A stretch of 64,000 nt of DNA from Octopus sinensis (taxonomy: Eukaryota): contig NC_042999.1 of NCBI RefSeq assembly GCF_006345805.1, positions 6,758,001-6,822,000 of the forward strand. Reading direction: 5' to 3'. The notes beneath the pieces were generated by a model. It had not been told where the DNA came from and did no database searches. It worked only from the letters and a program-made list of their open reading frames with translations. The position numbers and the translations under genes are program-made. This document shows positions 1 to 11,916 of the stretch, piece after piece; the first letter of the stretch is position 1; each line of letters opens with the position of its first letter.

Positions 1-180
1 AATATTCTGGAGGTTGCAGATACCAAGATCTACCTATCCTGTTCTAAGATATGTCGCTACGTACCTCAATATTCTAGAAGTTATAGGCACCAAGATTTAC
101 CGATTCCGTTTTAGACATGTCGCTATGTACTTCAAAATTCTAGAGGTTGCAGATGCCAAGATCTACCAGTTCTGCTTTAG
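1..180. repeat. Degenerate ~66-bp tandem repeat (about 2.7 copies, runs off the window start)
   Basis: AATATTCT(G/A)GA(G/A)GTT...CCAAGAT(C/T)TACC...ATGTCGCTA(C/T)GTAC(C/T)TC recurs at 1, 68 and 134. Confidence 0.8.
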
Positions 181-262
181 TAGGTTACAGATGCCAATGT
201 AAACCAAAACAGCTATTTGGTAAAGTGCTTGTTTCTACATCAAATTATTCGTAATATTTCAT

Positions 263-790
263 AGCAGAATCGTTAGCACGCCCGGAAAAATGCTTAGCCG
301 TATTTCGTCTGCCGTTACGTTCTGAGTTCAAATTCCACCGAGGTCGACTTTGCCTTTCGTACTTTCGGGGTCGAATAAATAAGTACCAGTTACGCACTGG
401 TGTCGATATAATCGACTTAATCCGTTTGTCTGTCCTTGTTTGTCCCCTCTGTGTTTAGCCCCTTGTGGGTAGTAAAGAAATTCCGTCGAGGTCGACTTTG
501 CCTTTCATCCTTTCGGGGTCGATTAAATAAGTATCAGTTACGCACTGGGGTCGATATAATCGACTTAATCCGTTTGTCTGTCTTTGTTTGTCCTCTCTGT
601 GTTTAGCCCCTTCTGGGTAGTAAAGAAATAGGTATTTCGTCCTTCTTTATGTTCTGAGTTCAAATTTCACCGAGATCTGCTTTCATCATTTCGGGGCCGA
701 TAAAATAAGTAATAGTTAAACCCTGGGGTCGATGAAATCGACTTACACCCTCCCCCGAAAATTGCTGGCCTTGCGCTAAAATTTAAAACT
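263..790 (+). mobile_element. tRNA-derived SINE family A, multimer (about 3 body units; last unit has the alternative 3' end)
   Basis: Head GCAGAATCGTTAGCACG, B-box-like GAGTTCAAATTCC, and repeated body GGTCGACTTTGCCTTTCATCCTTTCGGGGTCGAT. Confidence 0.85.
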
Positions 791-859
791 AATATTCCAT
801 AGCTGTTTAACCTTTTCTCAAAATTCCAACTTAAATTATTGACAGAGTATTGTGAAAGA

Positions 860-1830
860 TGGGGATAACCTGATGAACAGCAGAATTTGTAGAGATCCGT
901 AGGCAATGATTTATAGCATTCAACTCTAAGTGGTAATATGCAGTCTAAGAATACAATGAACAAGGAACATATTTCCTAATAATTCTTCATCGGAGTGGCT
1001 GTGTGGTAAATAGCTTGCTTACGAACCACAGGGTTCCGGGTTCAGTCCCACTGCGTGGCACCTTGGCCAAGTGTCTTCTACTATAGCCTCGGGCAGACCA
1101 AAGCCTTGTGAGTGGATTTGGTAGACGGAAACTGAAAGAAGCCCGTCGTATATATGCATATATATATTTATGTATAATTGTGTGTCTATATGTTTGTGTG
1201 TCTGTTTGCTCCCCCAACATCGCTTGACAACCGATGCTGGTGTGTTTACGCCCCCGTAACTTAGCAGTTCGGCAAAAGACCAATAGAATAAGTACTAGGC
1301 TTACAAAGAATAAGTCATGGGGTCGATTTGCTCGACTAAAGGCGGTGCTCCAGCATGGCCACAGTCACTTGACTGAAACAGGTAAAAGAGTAAAAGAGTA
1401 AATCAGACAACATCCTGCCACTATAATTACTGGTACAGACGATAGAGCTCTTACTTCAAATACTATCAAGGAATTTGAGGAGGAGACGGTGAACTAGACA
1501 CAACTTCATGTCGTCAATGATGGCAGTAAGAATGTGTTTATAGATTTTCAATTAACCAAACGAAGACTTTAAATAATCAAAGAATGCCAACATGGAATGT
1601 GTAAATTACTTCAAATATCTGGGATTATGGATAGAAAGTTCAAAGAGAAATATTGAAGTAAGAATCGAATTGGTATGGTCAGTAATGAGCAAGATGTCCA
1701 CAGAACGGGAAACGAATCTGTCTAATGAACTCAAAATACAGTTTTTAGATTTGCTGTGGACAGCAGATTGATACATGGAAGTGAAAGCTGGATAATTAAG
1801 AAAGCAATTAGTACCTAAAATTACAACCTG
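860..1830 (+). mobile_element. Degenerate RTE-X/RTE LINE reverse transcriptase fragment, interrupted by a SINE
   Basis: RQHPATIITGTDDRALTSNTIKE (decayed FADD region) near 1405-1475 and MECVNYFKYLGLWIESSKRNIEVRIELVWSVMSKM...LIHGSESW near 1592-1790, with stops and frameshifts. Confidence 0.75.
991..1400 (+). mobile_element. SINE family B (tRNA head, CORE-like block, central TA/TG microsatellite, GTAAAAGA tail)
   Basis: GGAGTGGCTGTGTGGTAA...GGTTCAGTCCC...CCTTGG(G/C)CAAGTGTCTT...GACTGAAACAGGTAAAAGAGTAAAAGAG; more than 10 copies in the window. Confidence 0.9.
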
Positions 1831-2011
1831 CAACAGAGGACCGTACTCCTGACATGTAAATGTGACTCTGGTCTTGGTTCTGTAAATTTTTGATAATTCC
1901 TCGTATTGTGTTGTGATGTGCTTCCTGCTACCTCGTCTCCTTAGGTTAGATGGAATATAAAGAGTGAAAGGCTAACTACTTGTTACTCTGGTGCCTTATT
2001 TTTGTGTGTGT

Positions 2012-2397
2012 GTGGAGGCGCAATGGCCCAGTGGTTAGGGCAGCGGACTCGCGGTCATAGGATCGTTGTTTCGATTCCCAGATCGGGCGTTGTGAGTGTT
2101 TATTGAGCGAAAACACTTAAAAGCTCCACGAGGCTCCGGCAGGGGATGGTGGTGATCCCTGCTGTACTCTTTCACCACAACTTTCTCTCACTCTTACTTC
2201 CTGTTTCTGTTGTACCTGTATTTCAAAGGGCCGGCCTTGTCACTCTCTGTGTCACGCTGAATCTCCCCGAGAACTACGTTAAGGGTACACGTGTCTGTGG
2301 AGTGCTCAGCCACTTGCACGTTAATTTCACGAGCAGGCTGTTCCGTTGATTCAGATCAACCGGAACCCTCATCGTCGTAACCGACGGAGTGCTTCCC
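2012..2397 (+). mobile_element. SINE family C with tRNA(Arg)-like head (resembles octopus OR-type SINEs)
   Basis: A-box TGGCCCAGTGGTTAGG, anticodon-loop-like CTCGCGG, B-box GTTTCGATTCC; near-identical copy at 52941-53322. Confidence 0.9.
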
Positions 2398-2795
2398 CCA
2401 TGTGTGTGTGTATATATGTGTGTGTGTAAGTGAGTGAATGTGTGTGAGCGTGTGTGTCTATATATCTGTGTATGTCTGTGTGTGAAAAAAGGTGAATAAT
2501 TTGTAAGCTCCTGCTCTCCTTTATATTCGTTCTGTCTTTCTCTCCCTCTTCGTCTTCTTTGTAGGCCAACCAAAGGAAGCACGGGCGCGTATGTGGAATT
2601 TACTATTGTAGCTTTGGCACTTTATGAATGTCAAAACTCATTCTCTTTCACCAGCTGTGGACTGAAAGCGAAGACGATGTCTGCACATTAATCGAAAAAA
2701 ACTTGCAAACTCGCTTCAGTGTTCCTGACTTTGGTGTCAAGGATGGTAACAAATATATCAAATTAAAGCAATAATTATGTTACACACACACACAC

Positions 2796-2833
<38 letters not shown>

Positions 2834-2965
2834 CATATGCATATACAGACATACATGATATGGCTAGGCTACAAGGCAGTAGTCGACTCTGCACCTCACT
2901 CATGGGTGATACAGTCACTGCACGTTGCCAAAGTGTCAGCTGCTGGTATACTGAATGCCATATAA

Positions 2966-3193
2966 GGCGGCGAGCTGGCGGAAACGTTAACGCGGTGGGC
3001 GAAATGCTTAGCCGTATTTCGTCTGTCGTTACGTTCTGAGTTCAATTCCGCCGAGGTCGACTTTGCCTTTCATCCTTTCGGGGTCAATTAAATAAGTATC
3101 GGTTATGCATTGGGGTCGATGTAATCGACTTAATCCGTTTGTCTGTCCTTGTTTGTCCTCTCTGTGTTTAGCCCCTTGTGGGTAGTAAAGAAA
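2966..3193 (+). mobile_element. SINE family A monomer with target-site duplication
   Basis: Full head to GTAGTAAAGAAAT tail; CTGAATGCCAT on both sides (2951-2961, 3200-3210). Confidence 0.9.
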
Positions 3194-3375
3194 TATATGC
3201 TGAATGCCATTGAAAGGCTGACCACGATATGGTCCAAACAGCTATCACTGACAACTACTAAAGCAACCCCTTATTGTTGTAAACAGAATTAAGCTATCAA
3301 TAGATATATTCCAGATTGATAGTTTATCTATAATGCTGTTTGTACTGGCAATGAATCCCTTGTCAGTCCTGTTAA

Positions 3376-3750
3376 AATGAGTTCATATTCCACCGAGCTC
3401 CACTTTGTCTTTCATCCTTTTGGGATCGATAAAATGAGTACCAGTCAAACACTGCGGTCAATGTCATCGACTTATCCGTCTGTCAAAATTTCAGGACTGG
3501 TGCCTCTAGTAGAAAGAAATATTAATATAAGGACATTAAGGCGGCCTGCTGGCAAAATCGTTAATATGCTGGACAAGATGCCTTGTGGTATTTCGTCCGT
3601 TTTTAACGTTCCGAGCCCAAATTTCGCAGAGGTCGACGCTACCTTTCATCCTTTCAAGGTTGATAGAATAAGTACCAGTTGTGCACTGGGAGTCGATCTA
3701 ATCGACTTGCCCATACCCCGAAATTCCTGCCCTTGTTGCAAAATTTGCAA
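3376..3750 (+). mobile_element. Two older SINE family A copies with the alternative 3' end
   Basis: Diverged bodies (CTTTCATCCTTT...GAT...AGTACCAGT) ending AAATTTCAGG...TGCC. Confidence 0.75.
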
Positions 3751-4831
3751 ACCTATTTTATATGAGGATATTGTGGGACGTTTATTATATGGCAGACGTT
3801 AGATTATGTACAGGAATATGTTATGGTGCTTCCAGGCTAAACTACTACCGTAAAACACTTGAGTGTTTTAGCCGTTCTTGGCTAATCGCAAAACATAATG
3901 AGCGATGTCTTAGCTTCCAAATGAAACCAAAATCTGACAGAAACAGACAAATGTATTAAATATACAACTCATACCTTAATGAATAATGCATCATCTAATC
4001 TAGTCAGAAATTGCCTCCTGAAAGTGTTCAAGAAGACAGGAATGCAGTTACTCTACATGGAGAAAGTAGTATTGCTGAATAAAATTACTAAATTGGAATG
4101 AATTAGCAACATAATTCTGGCATTGGACATGAAACTAGCAAGAGGATAGGATGTAAATTAATTTGTTCGAAGCAGGCCTGACGGAAAATGGAAGGCATTA
4201 GAAGCAGTGTAAAGCTTCGTATTAATAGCAGGATGATATATAATTGATATAATGACCGGCTCATGTTTACCATTTTTTTTCTTTTTATCATTCTGGCATC
4301 GGCGGCTCCACCATCTTCTTTATTTGCTATTCGAAACTCAATGTTTCTGTTTGGTTGCAAAAGTAAAGATTTCGCCAAAATAAACGGACGTAATGCCTCT
4401 TTACCTGAAGGAATTTATATAAAATACAATAACGATTAACTACGATATTCTTGAGATAAGTTTGCGTAAACAATTTTGTTTTTTATTGCTTGAGTGTATG
4501 CAAATAAGTAGGAAACTACTGGAAAACGGTAAAGGAAAGCAAACTATTGTTCTATTATTGAGATGTATTTTTACCGAAAGACAACAAGAATGGCGACAAT
4601 TTTGCTTCCATTATTCTTCACTGAAACCTGATGTATTTATCTACCCCCACCCTATCCCCACTCTCGTCTTCTCAACTTCTTCCTCTTTTTCTCTTTCTCG
4701 TTTATTTATCTGTCTACCTCACTCCAGTCCACCCCACCACACATGTAAAATACAAAGTTGGCAGATAAATAGATTTGTTTCGTATACATTTGTGAAGAAC
4801 ATCAGTCGAAATACATTTATTTGATTTTTAG

Positions 4832-4949
4832 ATTCGATAAAAATAAGAATAATGGAGGAAAGTGGTTTAACCATTGCTTCTGCGGATCCACCGAGATCAG
4901 TGAGGTCACTGCGGATGGTGCTGCTTTTCTTGGACAAACTGAATACTGA
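4832..4949 (+). CDS. Candidate terminal coding exon, unknown product (FDKNKNNGGKWFNHCFCGSTEISEVTADGAAFLGQTEY*); alternatively 5'UTR of a minus-strand gene
   Basis: Acceptor-like ATTTATTTGATTTTTAG ending at 4831, then 38 open codons to TGA in unique sequence; no homology recognised. Confidence 0.25.
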
Positions 4950-4987
4950 CAAAGGCTGGGGAAAAGATGGACAGTAAAAGTGGCTCG

Positions 4988-5225
4988 AAGAAGAAGAAGA
5001 AGAAGAAGAAGAAGAAAGAAGAAGAAGAAGAAGAAGAAGAGAGAGAGAGAGAGAGAGGAGTTGGTCATTTGCGTTCAAGTGGAGAAGGCACGAGTTGAGG
5101 CAGCTTCGTTGATCAGAAGTCACAGTAGTAGTAGATGTACTAGTAGTTGTAGCAGCAGCAGTAGCAGCAGCAGCAGCAGTAGTAGTAGTAGTTGTAGCAG
5201 CAGCAGTAGTTGTAGTAGTGGTAGA
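4988..5225. repeat. (GAA)n, (GA)n and (AGT/AGC)n microsatellites
   Basis: Seen directly. Confidence 0.95.
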
Positions 5226-5235
5226 AGAAGAGGCT

Positions 5236-5275
5236 GATTGACTGCTAATCAGACGGAGTAGGTTTTATTTAAATA
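5236..5275 (-). promoter_or_regulatory. Candidate TATA plus initiator core promoter
   Basis: Minus strand TATTTAAATA followed about 30 nt later by ATTAGCAGTC, then CT/CTT-rich tracts typical of 5'UTRs. Confidence 0.25.
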
Positions 5276-5340
5276 ATGTCAGGATGTTCATGTGTGTTAC
5301 ATTAGATTCGTTCTAGACGAGAGAGAGGGACAGCATTACG

Positions 5341-5375
<35 letters not shown>

Positions 5376-5577
5376 GGCGTCTGGTCTAGTGGTTAAGGTG
5401 TTGTACTCACAGAATGAATCGCTCAAGGTCCTCGACTCGCTTACGGAAAACGACTTCTAGGCCGGATTCCCAAAAGTGCGAAGAATGCTGGAACCGGTGT
5501 AGTCTTGTGCAAGGTGACTATTTCGAAGGAGATGATGTTAAAATTTAGGTAAATAAGTTATTTTTAAATAAACATAA

Positions 5578-5610
5578 CAGGTCCGGGAACCTTTTGATAC
5601 CACCTTGTAC
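5578..5610 (-). mobile_element. Tc1/mariner-like terminal inverted repeat remnant
   Basis: Minus strand TACAAGGTGGTATCAAAAGGTTCCCGGAC resembles the mariner end at 56870-56893. Confidence 0.4.
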
Positions 5611-5799
5611 GTTAACTCTGCTCAAGCAAAACTCAGTGGTTGGTTTAACGGCAACTGTACAACCCACAACAACATTCATTTTATATAGATTGGCTGTAAA
5701 TCTATGGCGTTTTACAGATCTCAACATGTCGGTTTAACAGTCTTTAACTGGCTTTCTGTAGTGATACATCATATACATTCAAAGCCTTAGATATGTAAA

Positions 5800-6250
5800 G
5801 GCGGAGAAATGCAATATAAGATTCATTACTTCCTGAAGGATATTATCAACTTGGAACTTATACCTATACATTCATAGATTTTCTACCCGGCTGATATCTG
5901 CATGGAATAATGGACAGCTCCAGTTTATTCTGATATGGATATCAATTATGAATGTAGGAATTTTCAGTTTTAGCATAATCCGATATTTCATATGAGAACA
6001 ATGAAAGTGTGTATGTACAGAGAATGCTGGATTGCATCCACATCGTATTTCTGGGAGCGAATTTATCAAAATTCAGTCTCACAGGAGTAAGTATCTGTCA
6101 CACGATTTTGCCAAATTTACTTTTTGAATATATTTAAAAGGAAATGGTATTCATCGTGTTAACATATTTGTTTGAGAAATTCAAATCTTACCCAACAGAA
6201 TTCATTGACACTCTACGTTCCTGTATTGATCGTGAGTAAATACATGCATT
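5800..6250 (+). mobile_element. Highly degenerate Gypsy-like integrase fragment
   Basis: Peptide traces in the expected order: DMDINYECR, FWERIY, YLKGNGIHRV; many stops. Confidence 0.4.
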
Positions 6251-6834
6251 TATGCATATAAACAGACGATCTTACACAAAGCTACATATGGCGCCGTTCG
6301 AGATCTTCATACCAGTGTAAACGTATATTCTTTGCTGTTTGGAAAAAAAAAATGCTATCTCCCAAATATGTATAAAGTCTGTTTTGTTTTAGATCAAAGG
6401 AAAGTTATTCAATATTACGACATTATTGAGAGCGAAACTTTAGCACAGCGTGCAGACTATCAGTGTAAACAGCTTGGACTTAGTGAACAGCACGGAGAAA
6501 AATAGTAACATTAAGAACAAAACAATACGACAATAAGGAAAGAACAAAAAAAAATACACAGATTCTTAAAAAAAAAAACTTGATATATTTTGTTTAACTG
6601 AAAAAAGTATAAACAAAGATGTAAACACAAGTGAAAAAGTATACGAGACAGAAACCGAGTGTGTTTTCCCGCCGTGTTATTAATCAGGAGAAATGAAGGC
6701 AAGGAATTTTGATGAAAGATTACCGTCGTTTTTGTTATCACTGTTTGTCGCAAAGTCGCGACCTGGGCTGACTTATAATCATAGTCACTCTAGTGGTGCC
6801 CATCCAATCTGATTTTGTATACTTAGAACTGCAT

Positions 6835-6930
6835 TGTCCAGTGCGTCTTCTTTTTAAGACGCCAGAGTGTAAGCTGAGGAAGAATTAGTTGCTATTTCTA
6901 GCAGGTCGGGAAACCGTATAGAGACTCACT
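6835..6930. repeat. Old unclassified interspersed repeat (GATTTGGCTGCTATTTCTAGCAGGTCG motif family)
   Basis: Related copies near 7145-7229 (reverse orientation, split by the Helitron), 12460-12540, 20845-20900, 25850-25930, 43570-43620 and 52585-52680. Confidence 0.6.
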
Positions 6931-7229
6931 CGTTTAGTTCAAAAAGTTGAACATGAAATCAAAGGTTGAACAGCAGCTATGACTCAGTCGTCGGTCGGAA
7001 CTAGAGATCGATTCCATTGACAGAACGATAGGTATATCGATATGAAACCGAATATTCTGTGTATTGATCTGGCATCTTGGACAGATCAATGAAGCACAGC
7101 AGTGACAATGTGTAACGTTAAAAAACACAAAGCAAACTTGTGACAACGGAGGACGTTTACATGATCGTTCATCAATTTATAAAATAACTGCTAAAGCTAA
7201 CCGAAATCATATCTTACTGTCTTAGAATA

Positions 7230-7632
7230 TCTTTATATATAAAAGTAAAGTTGTGTGTCTGTCTCCTACGATTTAGATTCCTAACTACTCCCACATTTTG
7301 CGGTGCAGTTTAACCAAAACCGGGTATCTTATAGTCGTGATTCATATCGAGCCCTTCTGGGTATTAGCGCGCGTCTACGATGAGTCTACGATTTTAAAAA
7401 TAATTTATCATCATTTTTTCCCAATTTAAATCATTTTTTCCATTTTAATGCATTTTTAAGGAAAGTAACTCTCTAAAAATGTCTACGATGATTCAACGAT
7501 TTAAAAAAATTTACCATAATTTTTTTCCCATTTTTAATGCATTATTTTGCTATTTTTTGGCTATAGCTCTCTAAAAATGCTTATATAGTTATTTCCCTTA
7601 CAAACCCGAGCAACGCCGGGCGATACTGCTAG
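7230..7632 (+). mobile_element. Non-autonomous Helitron
   Basis: 5' TCTTTATATATAAAA, subterminal hairpin CCCGAGCAACGCCGGG, 3' CTAG, inserted between A and T with no TSD. Confidence 0.85.
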
Positions 7633-7752
7633 TATAGGATACATTAAAAAATGTTGTACAAACACATGAGGAAGGACAAAATGCTGGATGGTTAATATAG
7701 GAAAGCTTGTTATGGGTCGGCTTGATCGGGGCTGATATAGGGGCCAAAAAAA

Positions 7753-8350
7753 GGCGGCGAGCTGGCAGAATCGTTAGAGCGCCGGGCGAAATGCTTAGCG
7801 GTGTTTCCTCTGCCGTTACGTTCTGAGTTCAAATTCCGCCGAGGTCGACTTTGCCTTTCATCCTTTCGGGCTCGATAAATTAAGTACCAGTTACGCACTG
7901 GGGTCTTTGTAATCGACTTAATCCGTTTGTCTGTCCTTGTTTGTCCCCTCTGTGTTTAACCCCTTGTGGGTAGTAAAGAAATAGGTATTTCCTCTGCCGT
8001 TACGTTCTGAGTTCAAATTCTGCCGAGGTCGACTTTGCCTTTCATCCTTTCGGGGTCGATAAATTAAGCACCAGTTACGCACTGGGGTCGATATAATCGA
8101 CTTAATACCTATGTCTGTCTATGTTTGTCCCCTCTATGCTTAGCCCCTTGTGGGTAGTAAAGAAATAGGTATTTTGTCTGCCGTTACGTTCTGAGTTCAA
8201 ATTCCGCCGAGGTCGACTTTGCCTCTCATCCTTTCGGGGTCGATAAATTAAGCACCAGTTTCGCACTGGGGTCTTTGTAATCGACTTAATCCGTTTGTCT
8301 GTTCTTGTTTGTCCTCTGTATGTTTAGCCCTTTGCGGGTAGTAAATAACA
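7753..8350 (+). mobile_element. SINE family A trimer with 15-bp TSD
   Basis: One head plus three ~185-bp units joined at GAAATAG|GTATTT; GATATAGGGGCCAAA at 7734-7748 and 8351-8365. Confidence 0.9.
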
Positions 8351-8887
8351 GATATAGGGGCCAAACAACGACGATGACAACGACAACGACAATAGCCAAT
8401 AGCCAACAGAACATCGATACTAAATTCAACTTCCATGACTCATGACGTGATCTACTACTGTGTGTACGTTCAGCTCTATAAATACATGAATTATGAATAA
8501 TTTATGTGATTATTAAATAATTTATCTTCTGTGATAAATAGTACGTTTCCATTTATATCTACAGCCAGCAGCAAGTGTGTTAGAAAGGTTTAATGCATAG
8601 AAAGTCACCATCGCTACGTCCAAATTATTTTCTTGAGCCAAGATGATTATTTAGTCATGGTATACAAGACAGGACGTCGAAAGTTCTAGTTCTGTCTTAA
8701 GATCATAACTGTTTAAATTCTTAATAATGGAATGTATTTTTTTTACTAATCACTCGTTTACTAATTTTGTTACTGTCAGTTTCTTTAATAGAATATTATT
8801 ATTAAAACTGACAAATTTTTTAATTTCTAACGGGAAAAAAATAAATTCATTAAGAGCTACCTCAAAAGTTTTAGTAAAAATAAACTA

Positions 8888-9051
8888 GGAGTGGCTGTGT
8901 GGTAAGTAGCTTGCTTACCAACCACATGGTTCCGGGTTCAGTCCCACTGCGTGGCATCTTGGGCAAGTGTCTTCTGCTATAGCCCCGGCCGACCAATGCC
9001 TTGTGAGTGGATTTGGTAGACGGAAACTGAAAGAAGCCTGTCGTATATATG

Positions 9052-9084
<33 letters not shown>

Positions 9085-9295
9085 GTGTGTATGTTTGTGT
9101 GTCTGTGTTTGTCCCCTTAGCATTGCTTGACAACCGATGCTTGTGTGTTTACGTCCCCGTCACTTAGCGGTTCGGCAAAAGAAACCGATAGAATAAGTAC
9201 TGAGCTTACAAAGAATAAGTCCCGGGGTCGATTGCTCGACTGAAGGCGGTGCTCCAGCATGGCCGCAGTGAAATGACTGAAACAGTAAAAGATTA
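8888..9295 (+). mobile_element. SINE family B
   Basis: Full-length match to 991-1400. Confidence 0.9.
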
Positions 9296-9403
9296 AAAAT
9301 AAACTAGGATTTCGTAACATGTAGCTCCAAGGCATTGGTGATACAGTAAGGATTATAGTTACTGAAGTGTGTTGTTATTAAAAGAGCCACCGCTTCATCA
9401 GTT

Positions 9404-9619
9404 GTTTACTCTTTTACTCTTTTACTCGTTTCAGTCAGTTGACTGTGGCCATGCTGGAGCACCGCCTTTAGTCGAGCAAATCGACCCCAGGACTTATTCT
9501 TTGTAAGCCTAGTACTTATTATATCGGCCATTTTTGGCCGAACCGCTATGTTAGGGGAACATAAACACACCAGCATCGGTTGTCAAGCGATGGTGCAGGA
9601 CAAACACAGACACACACAC

Positions 9620-9701
<82 letters not shown>

Positions 9702-9864
9702 CAACTGGCTTCTTTCAGTTTCCGTCTACCAAATCCACTCACAAGGCTTTGGTCGGCCCGAGGCTATAGTAGAAGACACTTGTCCAAGGTGCCACACAGT
9801 GGGACTGAACCCGGAACCATGTGGTCGGTAAGCAAGCTACTTACCACACAGCCACCCCTGCGCC
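9404..9864 (-). mobile_element. SINE family B with internal (CA)n
   Basis: Reverse-complement match to family B. Confidence 0.9.
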
Positions 9865-10136
9865 TATAACTGTTAATTATATCAGTCTAATATTAACACC
9901 ATCGAGATTTACGAAGACGAAACAATAATGTGTTTAGGCCCAGATCTTTTTGAAAGGAAGTAGAAATTTAAGTGAATTGAAATAGAAATACAGAAACGAA
10001 AACAAGGTCATGAAAGTTGAGTTCAATTTTGCGATTGAGTAAAGTGGATTAATTCTGGATTAGGGGCAAATTACGTTGTGGAAGTAAAGTGTATAATTTA
10101 ATGAGCAACTGTTTTATATTAATGAGATTTGTTATA

Positions 10137-10340
10137 TTGGTTTCAAAATTTGGCACAATGCCAGCGATATATGTGGAAGGGGTGAGTCAAGTATATCAAC
10201 CTCCAGGGCTCAGCTGATATTTATTCTATCAACCCCGAAAGGATGACACGCAAAATCGACCTCGGCAGAATTTGAACTCAGAACGTAGAGATGGACGAAA
10301 TGCCGCTAAGCATTTAGCCCAGCGTGCCAACTCGGCACCT
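10137..10340 (-). mobile_element. SINE family A, older subtype
   Basis: Reverse-complement body CCCCGAAAGGATGA...ATTTGAACTCAGAACGT. Confidence 0.8.
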
Positions 10341-10342
10341 TG

Positions 10343-10383
<41 letters not shown>

Positions 10384-10403
10384 TAATAATAACAATAATA
10401 ATA

Positions 10404-10453
<50 letters not shown>

Positions 10454-10499
10454 ACTACTACTACTACTAATAATAATAATTTAAAAAAAAATTATTATT

Positions 10500-10651
10500 A
10501 GACATTCACTAGTACAACACCAAAAAACCCTCCAAATATATGGCACACTTGGCATAACAACAACGTGAACTTCCAGCCTGTTGTCTCTTGAGGTCTCTGG
10601 GTGAGAGTTGGAGCCAACTTGTACAAATATAAAGCAAAAGTCAAACATAGA
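10500..10651 (+). mobile_element. Probable 3'UTR of an (AAT)n-targeting non-LTR element; second copy at 31620-31740
   Basis: Both copies share TTGAGGTCTCTGGGTGAGA(G/C)TTGGAG(C/T)CAACTTGTACAAA...AAAGCAAAAGTCAAACATA followed by (AAT)n. R4/Dong assignment is inference. Confidence 0.55.
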
Positions 10652-10884
10652 ATAATAATAATAATAACTACAATAATAATAATAATATTGATTTCAAGGT
10701 GCCACGGAGTGGGACTGAACCCGGAACCATGTGGTTCGCAAGCAAGCTACATACTTACCACACAGCCACTCCTTTCAATTAAGATGGAGAATTCTTTATT
10801 TTCTTTGGGAACAGTTTGGTAACAGTTCAGAACGACGCCGTTTCGCGAGAAGAGTGCGGAAAATGAAGCAAATAAATTGTCATG

Positions 10885-10929
<45 letters not shown>

Positions 10930-10947
10930 TAATAATAATAATAATAT

Positions 10948-11158
10948 TGGTTTCAAATTTTGGCACAAGGCCAGCAAGTTTGGGGAAAGGATAAATCGAT
11001 TATATCGACCCCAGTGCGTAACTGGTACTTAATTTATCGACCACGAAAGGATGAAAGGCAAAGTCGACCTCGGCGGAATTTGAACTCAGAACGTAACGCC
11101 AGACGAAATACCGCTAAGCATTTCGCCGGGCGTTCTAACGCTTTGCCAGGTCGCCGCC
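10948..11158 (-). mobile_element. SINE family A
   Basis: Reverse-complement match; tail abuts (AAT)n. Confidence 0.85.
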
Positions 11159-11380
11159 TTATTGACCTATATTGATGGCATACATCAGACACTAGAAGAT
11201 TTATGTACCACAGAAGGAGAACAGCAATGTGGGCCATGATAAGATCCCAATTTAAAGTACTTTATAATATTTAGGAGTATTTAAAGCACTAAGTATACCA
11301 AACCACCACTTAATATTTCCTTAATTTGTAGCAATAATAAAATTCTTTAATTTGCAACAATAACTTCCATATATAGGCTT

Positions 11381-11760
11381 TGGAGTGGCTGTATGGTAAG
11401 TAGCTCACTTACCAGCCACATGGTTCCGGGTGCAGTCCCACTGCGTGGCACCTTGGACAGGTGTCTTCTACTATAGCCTCGGACCAACCAAAGCCTTGTG
11501 AGTGGATTTGGTAGACGGAAACTGAAAGAAGCCCGTCGTCTATAGATGTATATATATATGTATATGTTTGTGTCTGTCCCCCCAACATCGCTTGACAACC
11601 GATGGTGGTGTGTTTACGCCCCCGTCACTTAGCGGTTCGGCAAGTGAGACCGATAGAATAAGTACTAGGCTTACAAAGAATAAGTCCTCAAGTCGATTTG
11701 CTCGACTAAAGGTGGTGCTCCAGCATAGCCGCAGTCAAATGGCTGAAACAAATAAAAGAA
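11381..11760 (+). mobile_element. SINE family B
   Basis: Full-length match. Confidence 0.9.
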
Positions 11761-11889
11761 TATGACAAGTATTGAATTTATTGAATAAAGACTGATGAAA
11801 AATCATGTCAAAGTTTGAAGGTTTTGAATTCAAAAGCAAAGGGGCCAGCTAAGATATCAGTATTTTATGTAAACCTTTCTATTTTATTC

Positions 11890-11916
11890 CTGATGAAGTG
11901 TCACTCCCGAAACGTC
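11890..11916 (+). ncRNA. Degenerate minimal hammerhead ribozyme motif
   Basis: CTGATGA-AGTGTCACTCCC-GAAA-CG-TC with palindromic ACGT stem III and GUC triplet; stems I and II pair poorly. Confidence 0.4.

Noticed and set aside
2012-2090. tRNA-like sequences at SINE heads
   Set aside because: A- and B-boxes are present but the acceptor stem is not convincing, and they continue into SINE bodies; not called as tRNA genes.
7753-8350. SINE A ~185-bp tandem units as hammerhead retrozymes
   Set aside because: No CTGANGA core on either strand of the unit; kept only as SINE multimers.
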